NCBI RefSeq assembly: GCF_001194135.2
Contig: NC_068984.1
Coordinates: 27,588,524-27,652,523 of the forward strand
From: Octopus bimaculoides
Lineage: Eukaryota
Direction of reading: 5' to 3'
Length of the DNA: 64,000 nucleotides
The first letter of the stretch is position 1. Each line of letters opens with the position of its first letter. Both the position numbers and the translations under genes were made by a program. The notes beneath the pieces were generated by a model. The model saw only the letters and a list, made by a program, of their open reading frames with translations. It had not been told where the DNA came from and made no database searches. Positions 26,903 through 39,735 of this stretch are shown one piece after another.

Positions 26903-28329
26903 TGTGTGTGTTTACACACGTATTATGGTCTAAAAGTGCATTATGTTGTAGCTACAAATGCACTTCACAATTTTAGGCATAAAGAGAAAAAGAGAATATT
27001 GATTTCTTACATATCTTACATACTAATCTTCTCCGAATTGATGATAATTATATAAAACTATAAAAAATGTATATTATTATCTAAAACATTTTGAAGATTG
27101 ATGCACCTCTAATAGGATATTACTAATCATAGACTAAACTAAATTAGTGTTCTTTAAGAAAATTAATGATTCTGTAGCTTATTCAAAAATATATGTAAAT
27201 ACAAAAACACTAACTTCATCCAAGAATACGAGATATCTTGAATTAAACATCGTCATGCATTCTCTGGCACTGAGAGCAGACAATAATTCTATTGCTAATT
27301 GGAGCTAATCATAGGCTATGAAAGCAAAAGTTTCTTTAATATGTATGGAAATATATATTCCACAATCTTTGACTCCAAACTGAAGCAGTTAAATTTAAGA
27401 CATTCTTAATAATTAAGAAATTCGTGAAATTTAATTTACAAATTAATTTCTCAAGAAATTATTACATCATTTAAATTTATTATTAATACTTAAAAAATAA
27501 AAAAAGTAGCATAAATATAAAAGTTTAAAAAGTATAAGAGAAATATAATAGTTCTTGGCTTGTACCATTACAATATTATACGATCTGCTAAAAATAGTAG
27601 CTAAATCTCTCTCAAATCACACACTAATGTCTTTCACCTAATCCCACACGCTAGCCTCAGAGACTCTACAAAAATCATGAGTTTTGCCATTCCTCCTCTG
27701 TCTGTGACATGAGAAAATGAAAAACATGAAAAAATATAATACCACTACCATGTATTTATGTACACCTATATATATATTTTTTTCAGAATAAAGAACACAT
27801 GATGTTATATGTATGTTTATGTAGGTAAGTGTATGCATATATATGTGTTTTATATGTAATTTCCTTGAAACATTCATGTCTCTGCATAGAAATAGAAAAG
27901 TAATGAAAACTAATTAACAATTAACAATGTAAAGCAAAATAAATCAAATAAATTCAGTATTTCATCTTAAGCAGTTGTTGAAATTTAAAAAATATACTTG
28001 AATCAGGCTTTAAACTATAATTGGCACCAAAACTATTAAAACGTGCTGCAACACACTCTAGTAAGTATGTACAGCTGCAATATTTAAATTATGTAATATA
28101 TTCTTGTCTGTCAAGAAACTCATGCTAGTTTTACATTTGTTTTCAGATTCCAAATAAGTATTGCTTCTTTAATATATATTCTAATGATATTACCTTCAAC
28201 ATGAATAGAAGCTTGGTTGAGATTTATTTTAACATATTCTTCCAATGACATTCTAATATCTGGAAAGAGTCCTAGACTCAAGTCTCTGAGACATACAAGA
28301 GGGGTATTAGAGCAATTGCTCTGTATACA

Positions 28330-28390
28330 CTAATCTCGGTCCCTTGGATGTGGTTGATACTTTAGTCTACCTTGACAGCACTCTCTTTTT
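28330..28390 (+). mobile_element. RTE RT micro-fragment
   Basis: LGPLDVVDTLVYLDSTL resembles RTE LEVVDKFTYLGSTL. Confidence 0.4.
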
Positions 28391-28663
28391 ACAGAAGAAG
28401 GTAATCTCTTCAATTAGTAAATGCTGTTATGAGGTCTCACAGGACTATCAAGGCCAGCTGTGAAATTAGACAAAGAATGCTTACTACAGATGTTACAAAC
28501 ATATTCAAGCTGAAAAGTGTCTGGAATTGAGGTTAAGTCTTGTTTATGAAGTGCTTCTTTCAAGATGGAATATTTGATTTTCCTTGTTAAAATTGTTTTA
28601 TAACAATTGTAGATCGCATCTTTCTAAACTGGTTGTCTGTCATCTACTTTAAATCTTCAACAT

Positions 28664-28795
28664 TCACACTGAGAGCCTTTTGGTTGTTTTTGATGACATC
28701 CTGAAAATGCTCAGACATTTACCACATTGCAGTTTTCCGTAAAACAACCGTTTTGGTAACCTGTCTTCCTTCATCCTATTAAAATACCCAGCCCT
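28664..28795 (-). mobile_element. RTE (BovB-like) RT C-terminal fragment
   Basis: RAGYFNRMKEDRLPKRLFYGKLQCGK matches the WAGHV.RM.D.RLPK..FYGEL..GKR pattern. Confidence 0.7.
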
Positions 28796-28799
28796 TAAT

Positions 28800-29134
28800 G
28801 AGGTGCTGATGAAAGGATAATAACCTTTGGAATATGCATATACACCCATTACCTATTTTTTCTATCTCCGATTGCATTGATAAAAAGATGTATTTGGTTA
28901 CAAAACATCATAACTTCTGTACCGGGTCTGAATTCTATTGAAAATTTATAGAGATAAACTTGAAAAGTGATGTATAATACAATATATACCTGTATATATA
29001 TAATTTAACACACTCACCGGTAAGATTTCCACTTTTAAAAAAAAAATTTTCTCAAACTTCGTTACATCTTGCAACCTTTTCAATAGTCGTTGACTCTGTC
29101 CGTTACTCACACTGCGTTCCTTTTTGTTTGTTTG
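28800..29134 (+). mobile_element. Penelope-like pLTR with degenerate hammerhead-like motif (28801-28846)
   Basis: aggtg CTGATGA aagg-ataataa-cctt t GGAA TATGCATAT A cacc; tail ends ttcctttttgtttgtttg at a microsatellite. Confidence 0.5.
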
Positions 29135-29206
29135 TATACATGTGTGTGGATCAGTCTCTGTGTGTGTGTGTATGTGTGTGTGCCTATACATGCCTGCATG
29201 AATAGG

Positions 29207-29700
29207 CAAACAAACAAAAAGGAACGCAGTGTGAGTAATGGACAGAGTGGCTGATAGGTGTGATATTCTGATGACTATGTTCCTAACTATTCCTTTGGTT
29301 ATGGATGATGGATGATTGGACTTTACATTTATATGTCTAAGACATGCATTCGGTTTCTGGTATGGTTCGTACATCCTTGATTCTGAGTTAAAAGTCACAT
29401 CTAGGAACTTTACCTTATTGTAATTACTGTCTGTGATTATAGATAGGCTGAAATTTTAAAATAATTTATGCAGTTTTTTCATTATCTTTCTATTTCTACT
29501 TTAGTACAATTATCTATTACAAAAAGGGTATTGTCTCTGTATAGATACCCCCACCCTATTTGTGGGAATGAAGATTTGATATGGAATAAGATGTAAATTC
29601 CTATGATATCTGTGACCTGGGCTGAATCACTCGAACCCATTGGTATATCGATAGAATTTGATCTCATCCATAGTTAGTTGTAATTAATAATGGTTTCTTG
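29207..29700 (-). mobile_element. Penelope-like RT fragment
   Basis: IPMGSSDSAQVTDIIGIYIL...GYLYRDNTL (GMGS...LYRDD motif) and YEPYQKPNACLRHINVKSNHPSSITKGIVRNIVIRISHLS. Confidence 0.8.
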
Positions 29701-30384
29701 TGCTGTTAATATTATGTCTACATCTGACTTGGATAAGCTAGAATTTTCTTTGCAAATATGAGTGTTTTATTGAGTATTATAGGGTTATTTTAAAAAAGAA
29801 TTATCTATTCACACATGACAGATGCCTAAACGCAAACCTGGATGTACATATAATACTACTACGTGATAGCAGTGGGTAAATCTGTCTTATACATACATAT
29901 GTTATATATGTGTATAATACAAATGTTTGCATGTGCACGTCTGTGTATTTTGGCATGTGTGGGTGTGTGCGCAAATGATATTATTTAACAGTATAATATG
30001 ATCTCTGACACATCTAAGAGAGAAGCAATGTCTTGTCCAACCCATACCATCATGGAGAACAGATAAGCAAACTATGATGATGATGATGATGAGGAGGAGG
30101 AGGAGGAGGAGGAGGGGGAGGAGCAGGATGAGGATGAAGAGTATATGGTCGTTAGAAATATCACATGACCTTATATGGAACAGATCTATATGTTATATTT
30201 CTAAGCAGTTGATTTTAAAACAATATCATTGTTATTAATAAAATACATCTATTACAAATGGATAAATGAGTAAATAGTGTGATATAATTTTATGTTAATT
30301 TAGTAACTAATTTTGTCTTAAAAATTACTATTTACTGCATTGTTTTTTATAAGAGCATTGAAATAGTAAAATTATAATTATTGC

Positions 30385-30780
30385 ACATATAAGTTGCAGG
30401 AGTGGCTGTGTGGTAAGAAGCTTGATTCCCAACCAGATAGTTCTGGGTTCAGTCCCACTGCATGGCACCTTGGGCAAGTGTCTTCTATGATAGCCTCAAG
30501 CCAACCAAAGCTTTGTGAGAGGATCTGTTAAATGGAAAGAAGCCTGTTGTATATATATATATATATATATATATGAGTGTGTGTCTATGTTTGTCTTCCA
30601 CCATCGCTTGACAACTGATGTTGGTGTGTTTACATCCCTGTAGCTTAGTGGTTTGGCAAAAGAGACTGATAGAATAAGTACTAGGCTTACAAAGAATAAG
30701 TACTGGGGTCAAATTGTTCAACTAAAGGCGGTGCTCCAGCACGGCTGCAGTCAAATGACTGAAACAAGAAAAAGAATATA
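30385..30780 (+). mobile_element. Full-length tRNA-headed SINE with internal (TA)n
   Basis: gcaggagtggctgtgtggtaagaagctt...ctgggttcagtcccactg head; tail aggcggtgctccagcacggctgcagtcaaatgactgaaacaag. Confidence 0.85.
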
Positions 30781-30888
30781 TAACATTACCTGATATAAAC
30801 CACACTGGCACACACACACACACAGACACACACACATATGTGTATATATATATATATATATATCCCCAGCACTACCCATCATATACTG

Positions 30889-30929
<41 letters not shown>

Positions 30930-31534
30930 TGTTGGAGCTCAGTTAGTCTTCACTACACTACTTTAACATAAATCTATTGATCTATGATTTTGTCTGATAT
31001 TGTTTCCTGTATCTTGTTTCAATAACCTTTTCCTTTACTAATGTAACCAGAATGTACAATATATTCATTCATGTATTCATATGTGTTGTGCAACCATCAT
31101 GTGTTAGTCTATCACTGTATAGTTAGAGGTTACGTACTATATAAGAATCAAGACTGATCTTATTTGCATTGGTAAATATCTCAGGTTTATTGAAGAATTT
31201 TTGTAACAATGCCTGCCTCATCATATACTACAGGTAATATTAATTTAAGTGATTAGTTTATACTCTCCCATATTTGAAGTATGTACTAATCTACATATTT
31301 GCTTCAGTACTGAGCATATTATTCAAAATGTCAAAAGTTTATTACTGGTTGCCAGTTCTGTTGATTATACATTTCTTTTGACTAAGCAAAGAAGAGCTTT
31401 GTTTGGTTGACACCTTCATATTGTTACTCTAAAATCTCTTCTTCATGTCAGATATGTTTTGATAGTGAGTTGAAAATGAAATATGTGTAGTAAGCTAATC
31501 ATCATGCTTAATGTTGATAAACCCACAAGTCAGT

Positions 31535-31745
31535 GAGCTGGCATAATCAATAACGTGTTGGGAAAAAATGCTTAGCAGCATTTCTTTTGACTTCATGTTC
31601 TGAGTTCAAAGGCCACCGGGATTGATTTTGCCTTTCATCATTTCTGGGTCAATAAAATAAGTACCAATTGAACACTGGGTTCAATGTAATTGCTTCCTCC
31701 CGAAAATTTCCGGCCTTGCACCAAAATTTGAGAGCACTATTCATG
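31535..31745 (+). mobile_element. Nin-core SINE
   Basis: tgagctggcataatc...ttctgagttcaaaggccacc...ttttgcctttcatc...ataagtacc; reverse complement of the 10775 family. Confidence 0.7.
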
Positions 31746-32424
31746 AAACTCATGAACTGGTGATAATTTATGATAGACCGTAATGATTAGGTAAACAGGG
31801 AAAAATAAATTCCTATTATACTCAATTTGGGACCAACTGAATATTTCATAAGATGTTTTTTCCAGCTTCACTGAGACACAAAATCTCTATGCTATTATGA
31901 GGTTTTAATTTTCATAAGTTTTGATACTATTAAGCAACACCATAATATTGACATAATCAATGACAGTTAAACTCAGTTCTACATTACTGAAGGTCACATA
32001 GGTAGAGACCACCTTCATGTCATTAGAAGTTTGAAGAAAAAGAGAGTGAATCTGAACGAAATTTAAACTGGTTTCTAAGTGAGAATGTTTAGGCCTCTAT
32101 TGGTGATGTGGTTGTCTTTCCTATCATAGCAACATCAATTCATTTACTAAGTCTACACAGTGAGACAGGCAAGATGTCAGTATCACTTATTCACTGTTCT
32201 GCAGATTTTCATCAAAATGAGAAGATGTCAACATAGTTCTAAGCCCTTCTTAAATTCTTTAAACTTACATGAGTCACTCTGAGCAAACACCTAATATTCA
32301 TATTCTTATACACAAAACAAAACATATACGAAACAAATATCTCAACACTCAAACACCATCATGTAAACATAAAGAAAACCGGCATCTCAACATGCAGTGA
32401 GATAAACGCTGAAACATAGGTGTT

Positions 32425-33025
32425 AACACAATGCTTCTGCTTTGGAGAACCTTTGTTCTCAGTCATCTGGACTACTGTTCTCAAATGTGGTCCCCACAGA
32501 GTGTAAGACTAATTGTGGAACTAGAAGCGATCCAACGGCACTACACAAGGAAGATAGACTCAGTAAAACACATGGGCTACTAGGAGAGGTTGAAGGAACT
32601 AAGACTCTACTCCCCAGAGAGGAGAGATGAGAGATATACAGTGCTATACATAGGGAAAATAATGGAGGGTCAAGCTCCAATTTTGGAATCAAAATCTACA
32701 ATAATCCCCAAACTGGACGGCACTGCACAGTACCAAAGGTCCCATCTTCTCCATTGAGGACACAAACCCAATATTGTAATAGCTTAAGATTCATGGGACC
32801 ACAAATTGTTAATGCTTGACCACAGAACATCAGGGATCTACAAGGTATAGACATGGAAGTCTTCAAAAAACGTCTTGACAGTTTTTTTTATCTGCAATAC
32901 TGGATGAACCCACATCACAGCAGGTGGCACAAAGAAGAGTGGCAATGTCAAACTCGCTACTTCACCAGAAGCAATACGGGAAAAATCTCCGGATGCAGTA
33001 AAGGCAGTGCACCAGCAATTAAAGA
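32425..33025 (+). mobile_element. CR1-clade LINE 3' fragment, pseudogenised RT C-terminus
   Basis: MLLLWRTFVLSHLDYCSQMWSPQSVRLIVELEAIQRHYTRKIDSVKHMGY*ERLKELRLYSPERRDERY from 32431. Confidence 0.85.
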
Positions 33026-33413
33026 AAAAATATATATATTCAACTATTAAATGAGNNNNNNNNNNNNNNNNNNNNNNNNNNNNNNNNNNNNNNNNNNNNN
33101 NNNNNNNNNNNNNNNNNNNNNNNNNNNNNNNNNNNNNNNNNNNNNNNNNNNNNNNNNNNNNNNNNNNNNNNNNNNNNNNNNNNNNNNNNNNNNNNNNNNN
33201 NNNNNNNNNNNNNNNNNNNNNNNNNNNNNNNNNNNNNNNNNNNNNNNNNNNNNNNNNNNNNNNNNNNNNNNNNNNNNNNNNNNNNNNNNNNNNNNNNNNN
33301 NNNNNNNNNNNNNNNNNNNNNNNNNNNNNNNNNNNNNNNNNNNNNNNNNNNNNNNNNNNNNNNNNNNNNNNNNNNNNNNNNNNNNNNNNNNNNNNNNNNN
33401 NNNNNTATATATA

Positions 33414-33449
<36 letters not shown>

Positions 33450-33781
33450 TGTATGTATATACATGTTCATTTTTAAGTTGTTTCTTTTTTTATATTTTGC
33501 TATGAAATAAAATAGTAACTGAAGAAAATAATTTGTAACACTGGTTACACATTAAGTTTAATACAATTCAAAGGAAATTTAAATCAATACAATACAAAGG
33601 AAAAATGATAAGAAACATCTAATATTTTCTCAGAAATTTTACAGCCACTTTACTTACATATATATATACATTTTTACACACATAAATACATACATACATA
33701 TTCACATACATACATATATGTGTGTATATATTGGCATTCATTCAAGAATTACTTACTTTTTATTTTTTCTATTTTTATAAG

Positions 33782-34763
33782 CATTATTCTTTACTGTGTG
33801 GTAAGTAATATAATTTGGAAGAAAGAGTTTGCTAAGTTTGTAAACCACCTCAGATTGTAGTTTTTTAACTTAAGGACACAAATAGAGTCCTTAAAAAATA
33901 GCATGAATGTGTCACAATGTTTAATTGCTTTTCATCTATAAATCTGAGGAATGTATCTCTATAAGGAGTCATTATTTTTCATTCATCATCATCATCGTTT
34001 AACGTTCGCTTACTATGCTAACATGGGTTGGACAATTTGACTAAGGACTGGCGAACCAGATGGCTGCACCAAGTTCCAATCTGATCTGGCAGAGTTTCTT
34101 CAGCTGGATGCCTTTCCTAACGCCAACTGCTCCAAGAGTGTAGTGGGTGCTTTTACGTGCCACTGGCACAAGGGCCAGTCAGGCGGTACTGACTGGCCCT
34201 CATACCGGTGTCATTGTTCATGAATTTTAACAGTTTCAGGGATACACCTGTCTAGTAAGTGATTTAATCTGAGACTGTTTCCAAAATGAAGCAACTGAAT
34301 CATAGAAGAACCATTCTAGGCTTTTCATAACCTGCACAGCTGTTCAGCAGTTGCTTTAAAGTTAAATGTATTTCATAATTTTCATTGAAAATGTATTTCA
34401 AAATTTTCATTGCACAACTGTAACCTGATCACTGATACAGTTCCACTGCAACTATCTGAAACCTGCTAATAACTAGTTCTTATAGACCTTTTCTTTTCCC
34501 TTTCTTTGTTTTCTTTTGCTATTTGTCATCATTTAACGTTGGGTATCCTTACAGGCCTGGGTTTGATGATTTAACAGGATTCGTTATGTCAGAGGACTGT
34601 GTCATGCTCCAATGCCTGTTTTGGCTTGGTGTCTACATCTTGATGCTCTTACTAATGCCAAACATTTTACAAAGTGTAAGAAGTGTTTTTTTTTTCTTTC
34701 AGCAATACTCTGACCACTTTGAATCCTGCAAGAGTAAACGTCTGAAAGGATTCTCTATAATTT

Positions 34764-34802
<39 letters not shown>

Positions 34803-34877
34803 NNNNNNNNNNNNNNNNNNNNNNNNNNNNNNNNNNNNNNNNNNNNNNNNNNNNNNNNNNNNNNNNNGAGAGAGTGA

Positions 34878-34927
<50 letters not shown>

Positions 34928-37773
34928 TGATTTGGAGCAAGGTGATGAGAGAGGGTAAAGTATGACGAGAAGAAAAGACTTATCATTTTGAGACAGTGAT
35001 ATTGGATAGTAATGATGTAGACCCATATTTGAGGATGGAGTAGGGAAGAAACTAGAGAAAGAGGAGGGATTAATTTCAGTGATTAAAAGAAATGGAGGGA
35101 CAGGTTAGTAAAGGTGGGTTGTGCAGAGTGGTTCCAGGGTTAGTCCACATTATAGATGCAAGTACTTTATTTCTCTTTTCTGCTGCAGTGCAATTGTTAA
35201 TGATGAAATTGTGGTTGTATAAACAAATTTGATGTCTCACAAAATAAATTAAAATTTAAATCGAATTTAACAGCTTTGTGCACTTTTAAATGATGAGAAT
35301 GGCTTTTCCATGTAGGAATATTTGAATTTAAAGAGACATTATGGTATTTAGTTTTAAATTCTGGGTTTCTCTGTTCAAGTAATGTTAGTGCCAAGTTTGG
35401 TTTCCATCATTCTTGAATCATTAAATAAGTCCAAGCAATATCTGTTGAGAATATCCTTTAACGTATTCATAAACATTTCTTACAATTTCAACTTTGGATT
35501 TATGTGAAATCCTCATCATGATTGCTGTCACTACCATTCTTCCTGCTATCATTACTACTACTGCTATTAGAATGGTTAGCATGTAAGTCTTTAAGTCTTT
35601 GCATACTCTATTCCACAATCTAATACTGTTTTCTATTTATGCAGATAATGATTTTATCACATTTTCTGTTTTATGAATTTGTACACATTTATAAGAATCA
35701 TCAGCATCTTTATCATAACTAACACAATTATTTTATAATTGTATTATCTGATCTAAGAGCCGTATTGTAAATATAAAAGAACGAAATTGATTTAAAATAA
35801 AAATTTATAAAGACACTAATAATATCTGATTTTCAAATATTGTTTAAGTTCTCTGAATGTATGGCTTCATTTGATTCTATAGTTTCCATTTCTTGAGAGA
35901 TTTCAAAACAAATATCTATAAACTTTCTATACATACACAGCTGTATAGAACTCTAAAAAAATGCACTGCACATCACAATTTTCAAAGATTTTGAATAAAT
36001 AATAGTATTTATTACTTAACACTTGTATACAGGATAAGAAAATTGCTTGCTTGTTTTATGACATCTTGTGTATTTCTGATCATGAATATCATTTTGGAAA
36101 TGGCCATATTGTTCCTTAAGGAGCCTACTCACCACAATGTAAGTATGGAGCATGTACATTTTCAATTGACATTGTTTAACAATTGCTGTTGCCTTAATTC
36201 ATTTAGTTGAAAATGATACTGCAGTGTACATGTTCCTGGCTTGATCAACTGTCAAACCAAAACCTGAGCTGAATTAATTTCTTTAAGAAAGCGAATGCAC
36301 CAGTTATGCCTTTACCTATAGATATCTTACTATAGCTTTCTTTATATTCTGTCACTATTCAGAATACAAATTGGGTTTTCTTCACAAGGCCATTAGTTAA
36401 ATATATTACTCTTTATTAGTATTGAAAGATTTTACTATAGACTAGTCAGAGAAAAACATTGGCCTAGTGGTTAAGATGTTGATATTGCAATCATCAAATT
36501 GTGAGTTCAAGGTCTGAACCAGGCAGTGTATTATTTCTTTAAGCGAGGTACTTTGTTTCACATTTTTCTCCAGCCTACTCAGCTGAAAAGGAGAACCAGC
36601 TTACAACTGGTGCAGCTCTCTCTTCTGCTAGCTGTCACATTCTTGATGTTGCTCTGGACCAAAAAGTTACCTTAGTTTGCACATTTGTGGTTTGTGACTT
36701 AGCAAAAGCATGGTATTTATTACCAAGTCATACTCACTTGTGAGCATGTCATCGTTTGTGAGTAATAATTATGCTTATAATTATTAATTATGAGAGAGTG
36801 CTGAAATGTTCCTGACTTTGGGGAAAAGAAAATACAGAAGGATTAGTTAATTATGATTTTATTCAACATATTCCCCTCTCAGATTCACACACTTATTACA
36901 GTGTCCCTTCAGTTTTTCTAAGCTCTGTGAAAAAATGCAGAATGTTGGGCCTCCAACCAAGCCTTTTGCAATACCCTCAAAGTCAGGAACTTTCCAGCAT
37001 CTCTTCATAGAGGAGGTAGGAGAGTACTCATAACTGTTTCCAGGTACTGTAATATTAGTTGGAAGAATGGAGAAAGTTATCCCCAAGTGTAGGGATTAAA
37101 ATTGAGCAACAGACTGCTTTTACCACTCAAGAGTTTGTTTACACATAGGTTTTCAGAAACTTTCTCAACATGGGAATTTTTTGATTAGCATACAAAGATT
37201 AATAGTTCTTTTAGTTGTATTAGCCATCTTATTTAAGGTCATGCTGTAACGTTGCATTCAAAGCATATCCAGGAGAACTTTTTTTGTCTTTTAAACACGG
37301 AAATTGGAAATAGATTTTTGCTGCTGCTAATACCTGTCACTTTATGTTTTGCCTTAAACCAATATAAGAATTTATAGCTGCCAAACAGTAATGTTGACTG
37401 ATGTAAAAACACCTAATTCAGTTCGTAATCAGGAGCAATGTCATGCTCTATTCTTACTATTCTGGAAAAAAGTAATAATAATATATACATTTAATAACTA
37501 CTCAGAGATATTTGCTATTCTCCCAAGCATTTTAATATGTAGAACTAAAAATGTATTAACAATTGATTTTGTGTTGAATATTTTTGATTATACATACATG
37601 CATATATACATGCATACATACATGCATGCATACATATATACATACATACATACATACGTACATACAAAAATATATACATATATACACGCACACACACATA
37701 TATATGTGCATATATATACATACATATATGTATGTACATATATATATATACATATACATACGTGCATATGCAT

Positions 37774-37825
<52 letters not shown>

Positions 37826-38247
37826 GTATATATATGTATACATATATATGTATGTATATGTATATATGTAATTATAATGATAATAATAATAATAATAATA
37901 ATAATGATGATGATGATGACAATGATGGTAAGAACAACAGCAAGACACAAAAGAGGTTACCTTGCTTTGTAGAGTAAATATTAAAATGTGATGAAGAGAA
38001 GAACAAATATCAGATGTAATGACAGGTGTGCAACTGAGTTGTAGTAAAAAGTCTTTCAATAATTCTCTATTATGTACATTTCAGTTGTGTTTAGCTAAAC
38101 ACTGATGACATGAATTCAACAAGGTAACAAAATCTCAGTAAAGTGGTATGTAAACTGATAAATACAAACAAGAAGACACTCATCATTTTTGTTTTTATAT
38201 ACATACATATATATATATACATACACACACATATATATATTTATATA

Positions 38248-38284
<37 letters not shown>

Positions 38285-38890
38285 GCATACACACAATACA
38301 TTATCTTCATCGTTCGTCCATCAATCCATCCATCCATCCATCCATTCATACATACATACATACATGCATACATACATACATGCATATATGCATACATACA
38401 TACATGCATACATACGTACATGATGGCCGTCCACTCATGACCGAGGAAACATACATACATACATAAACATACATGCGTATGTGTGGGTGTATTGACACAC
38501 CATCATAATTTAATATCCATGTTCTATGCTGGTATGGGTCAGATGGTTTAATACGATCTGTTTGATCCAAACACAACATTGTGCTCCAATGTCTGCAGTG
38601 GCTGTGGTGTAGTTTCTATAGCTGGATTCCCTTCCAAACCATATAATGCCCTGTCTTGAGTGCTTTTTTTCTGTGGCACCGGCACTAGTGAGGTTTCCAT
38701 TCAGTCTGCAAGGTTATATAAAGTTAGTAAAGACAGTGAGAGTGAGCAAGGTGAAGCTGGAGAAAAGATAGGAATAGTGGTGATAAAGTATCAGGGTGTA
38801 ATAGTTTGACACTTTGGAAAGTGAGCAAGTCTTTTATGTTTTGAGCCTACACTCTTCAACAGAAAGGAGTAAGAGAAAATAGACAGAGAG

Positions 38891-38939
<49 letters not shown>

Positions 38940-39408
38940 CCAAAGTGTACGTACGCTGCTATATTTTTATATATATAAAATACAAAAATGGGACAAGAAC
39001 GTAAAACATCCAGACAGGTGATACAGAAAAGGAATAACGAAACATCCAGACAGACGATACAAAGAAAACAAGGCTATATTGCTCCCTGTGCTGTCAAATC
39101 ATATGTCCCTGCCGTAAGGCCTTACTTCCACACACACCAACTTAATTTAATTTGTCCTTAGTCGAAAGATACCCGTTGTTAATGTCCTGTTATTTGTATT
39201 TGTATACCATTTCTCCGTTTTTTTCCGTCTTTGTTTTCATATACATTTGCTGCTTTCTTCCAAGGAATTTAGTGCTCTTAGCTTAGTTTTTCCTTGGGGC
39301 TGGCCAGATTGGAGCAATCTTGAGTATAGTATAACCAGCCGAAATTGCAAAGATAATCTGGAACTCGACTGAGGAAAGAAAACTCCGAATGACCTGTCCT
39401 AAACTGTT

Positions 39409-39443
<35 letters not shown>

Positions 39444-39585
39444 TAAATAAAATGAGACAACAAAGCCAAAGCTGTGTGGAATTTATAGGACATTTATGAA
39501 GAGAAAGGTAGTCTTATAGCTTTTCTAGGATATTAGGGGTATCCCTTCATCAGAGATGATATGATAGAGTTAACTATATACATAC

Positions 39586-39680
<95 letters not shown>

Positions 39681-39701
39681 TGTGCCTGTGCGTTTGCGTG
39701 T

Positions 39702-39735
<34 letters not shown>

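Noticed and set aside
30070-30140. (GAT)n(GAG)n acidic-looking run
   Set aside because: Tail of an RTE-type short element drifting into GAG repeats; no splice context.
39361-39400. ctgaggaaagaaaactccgaatgacctgtcc as a further hammerhead
   Set aside because: GAAT instead of GAAA, helix II not paired in this copy, and no helix I.
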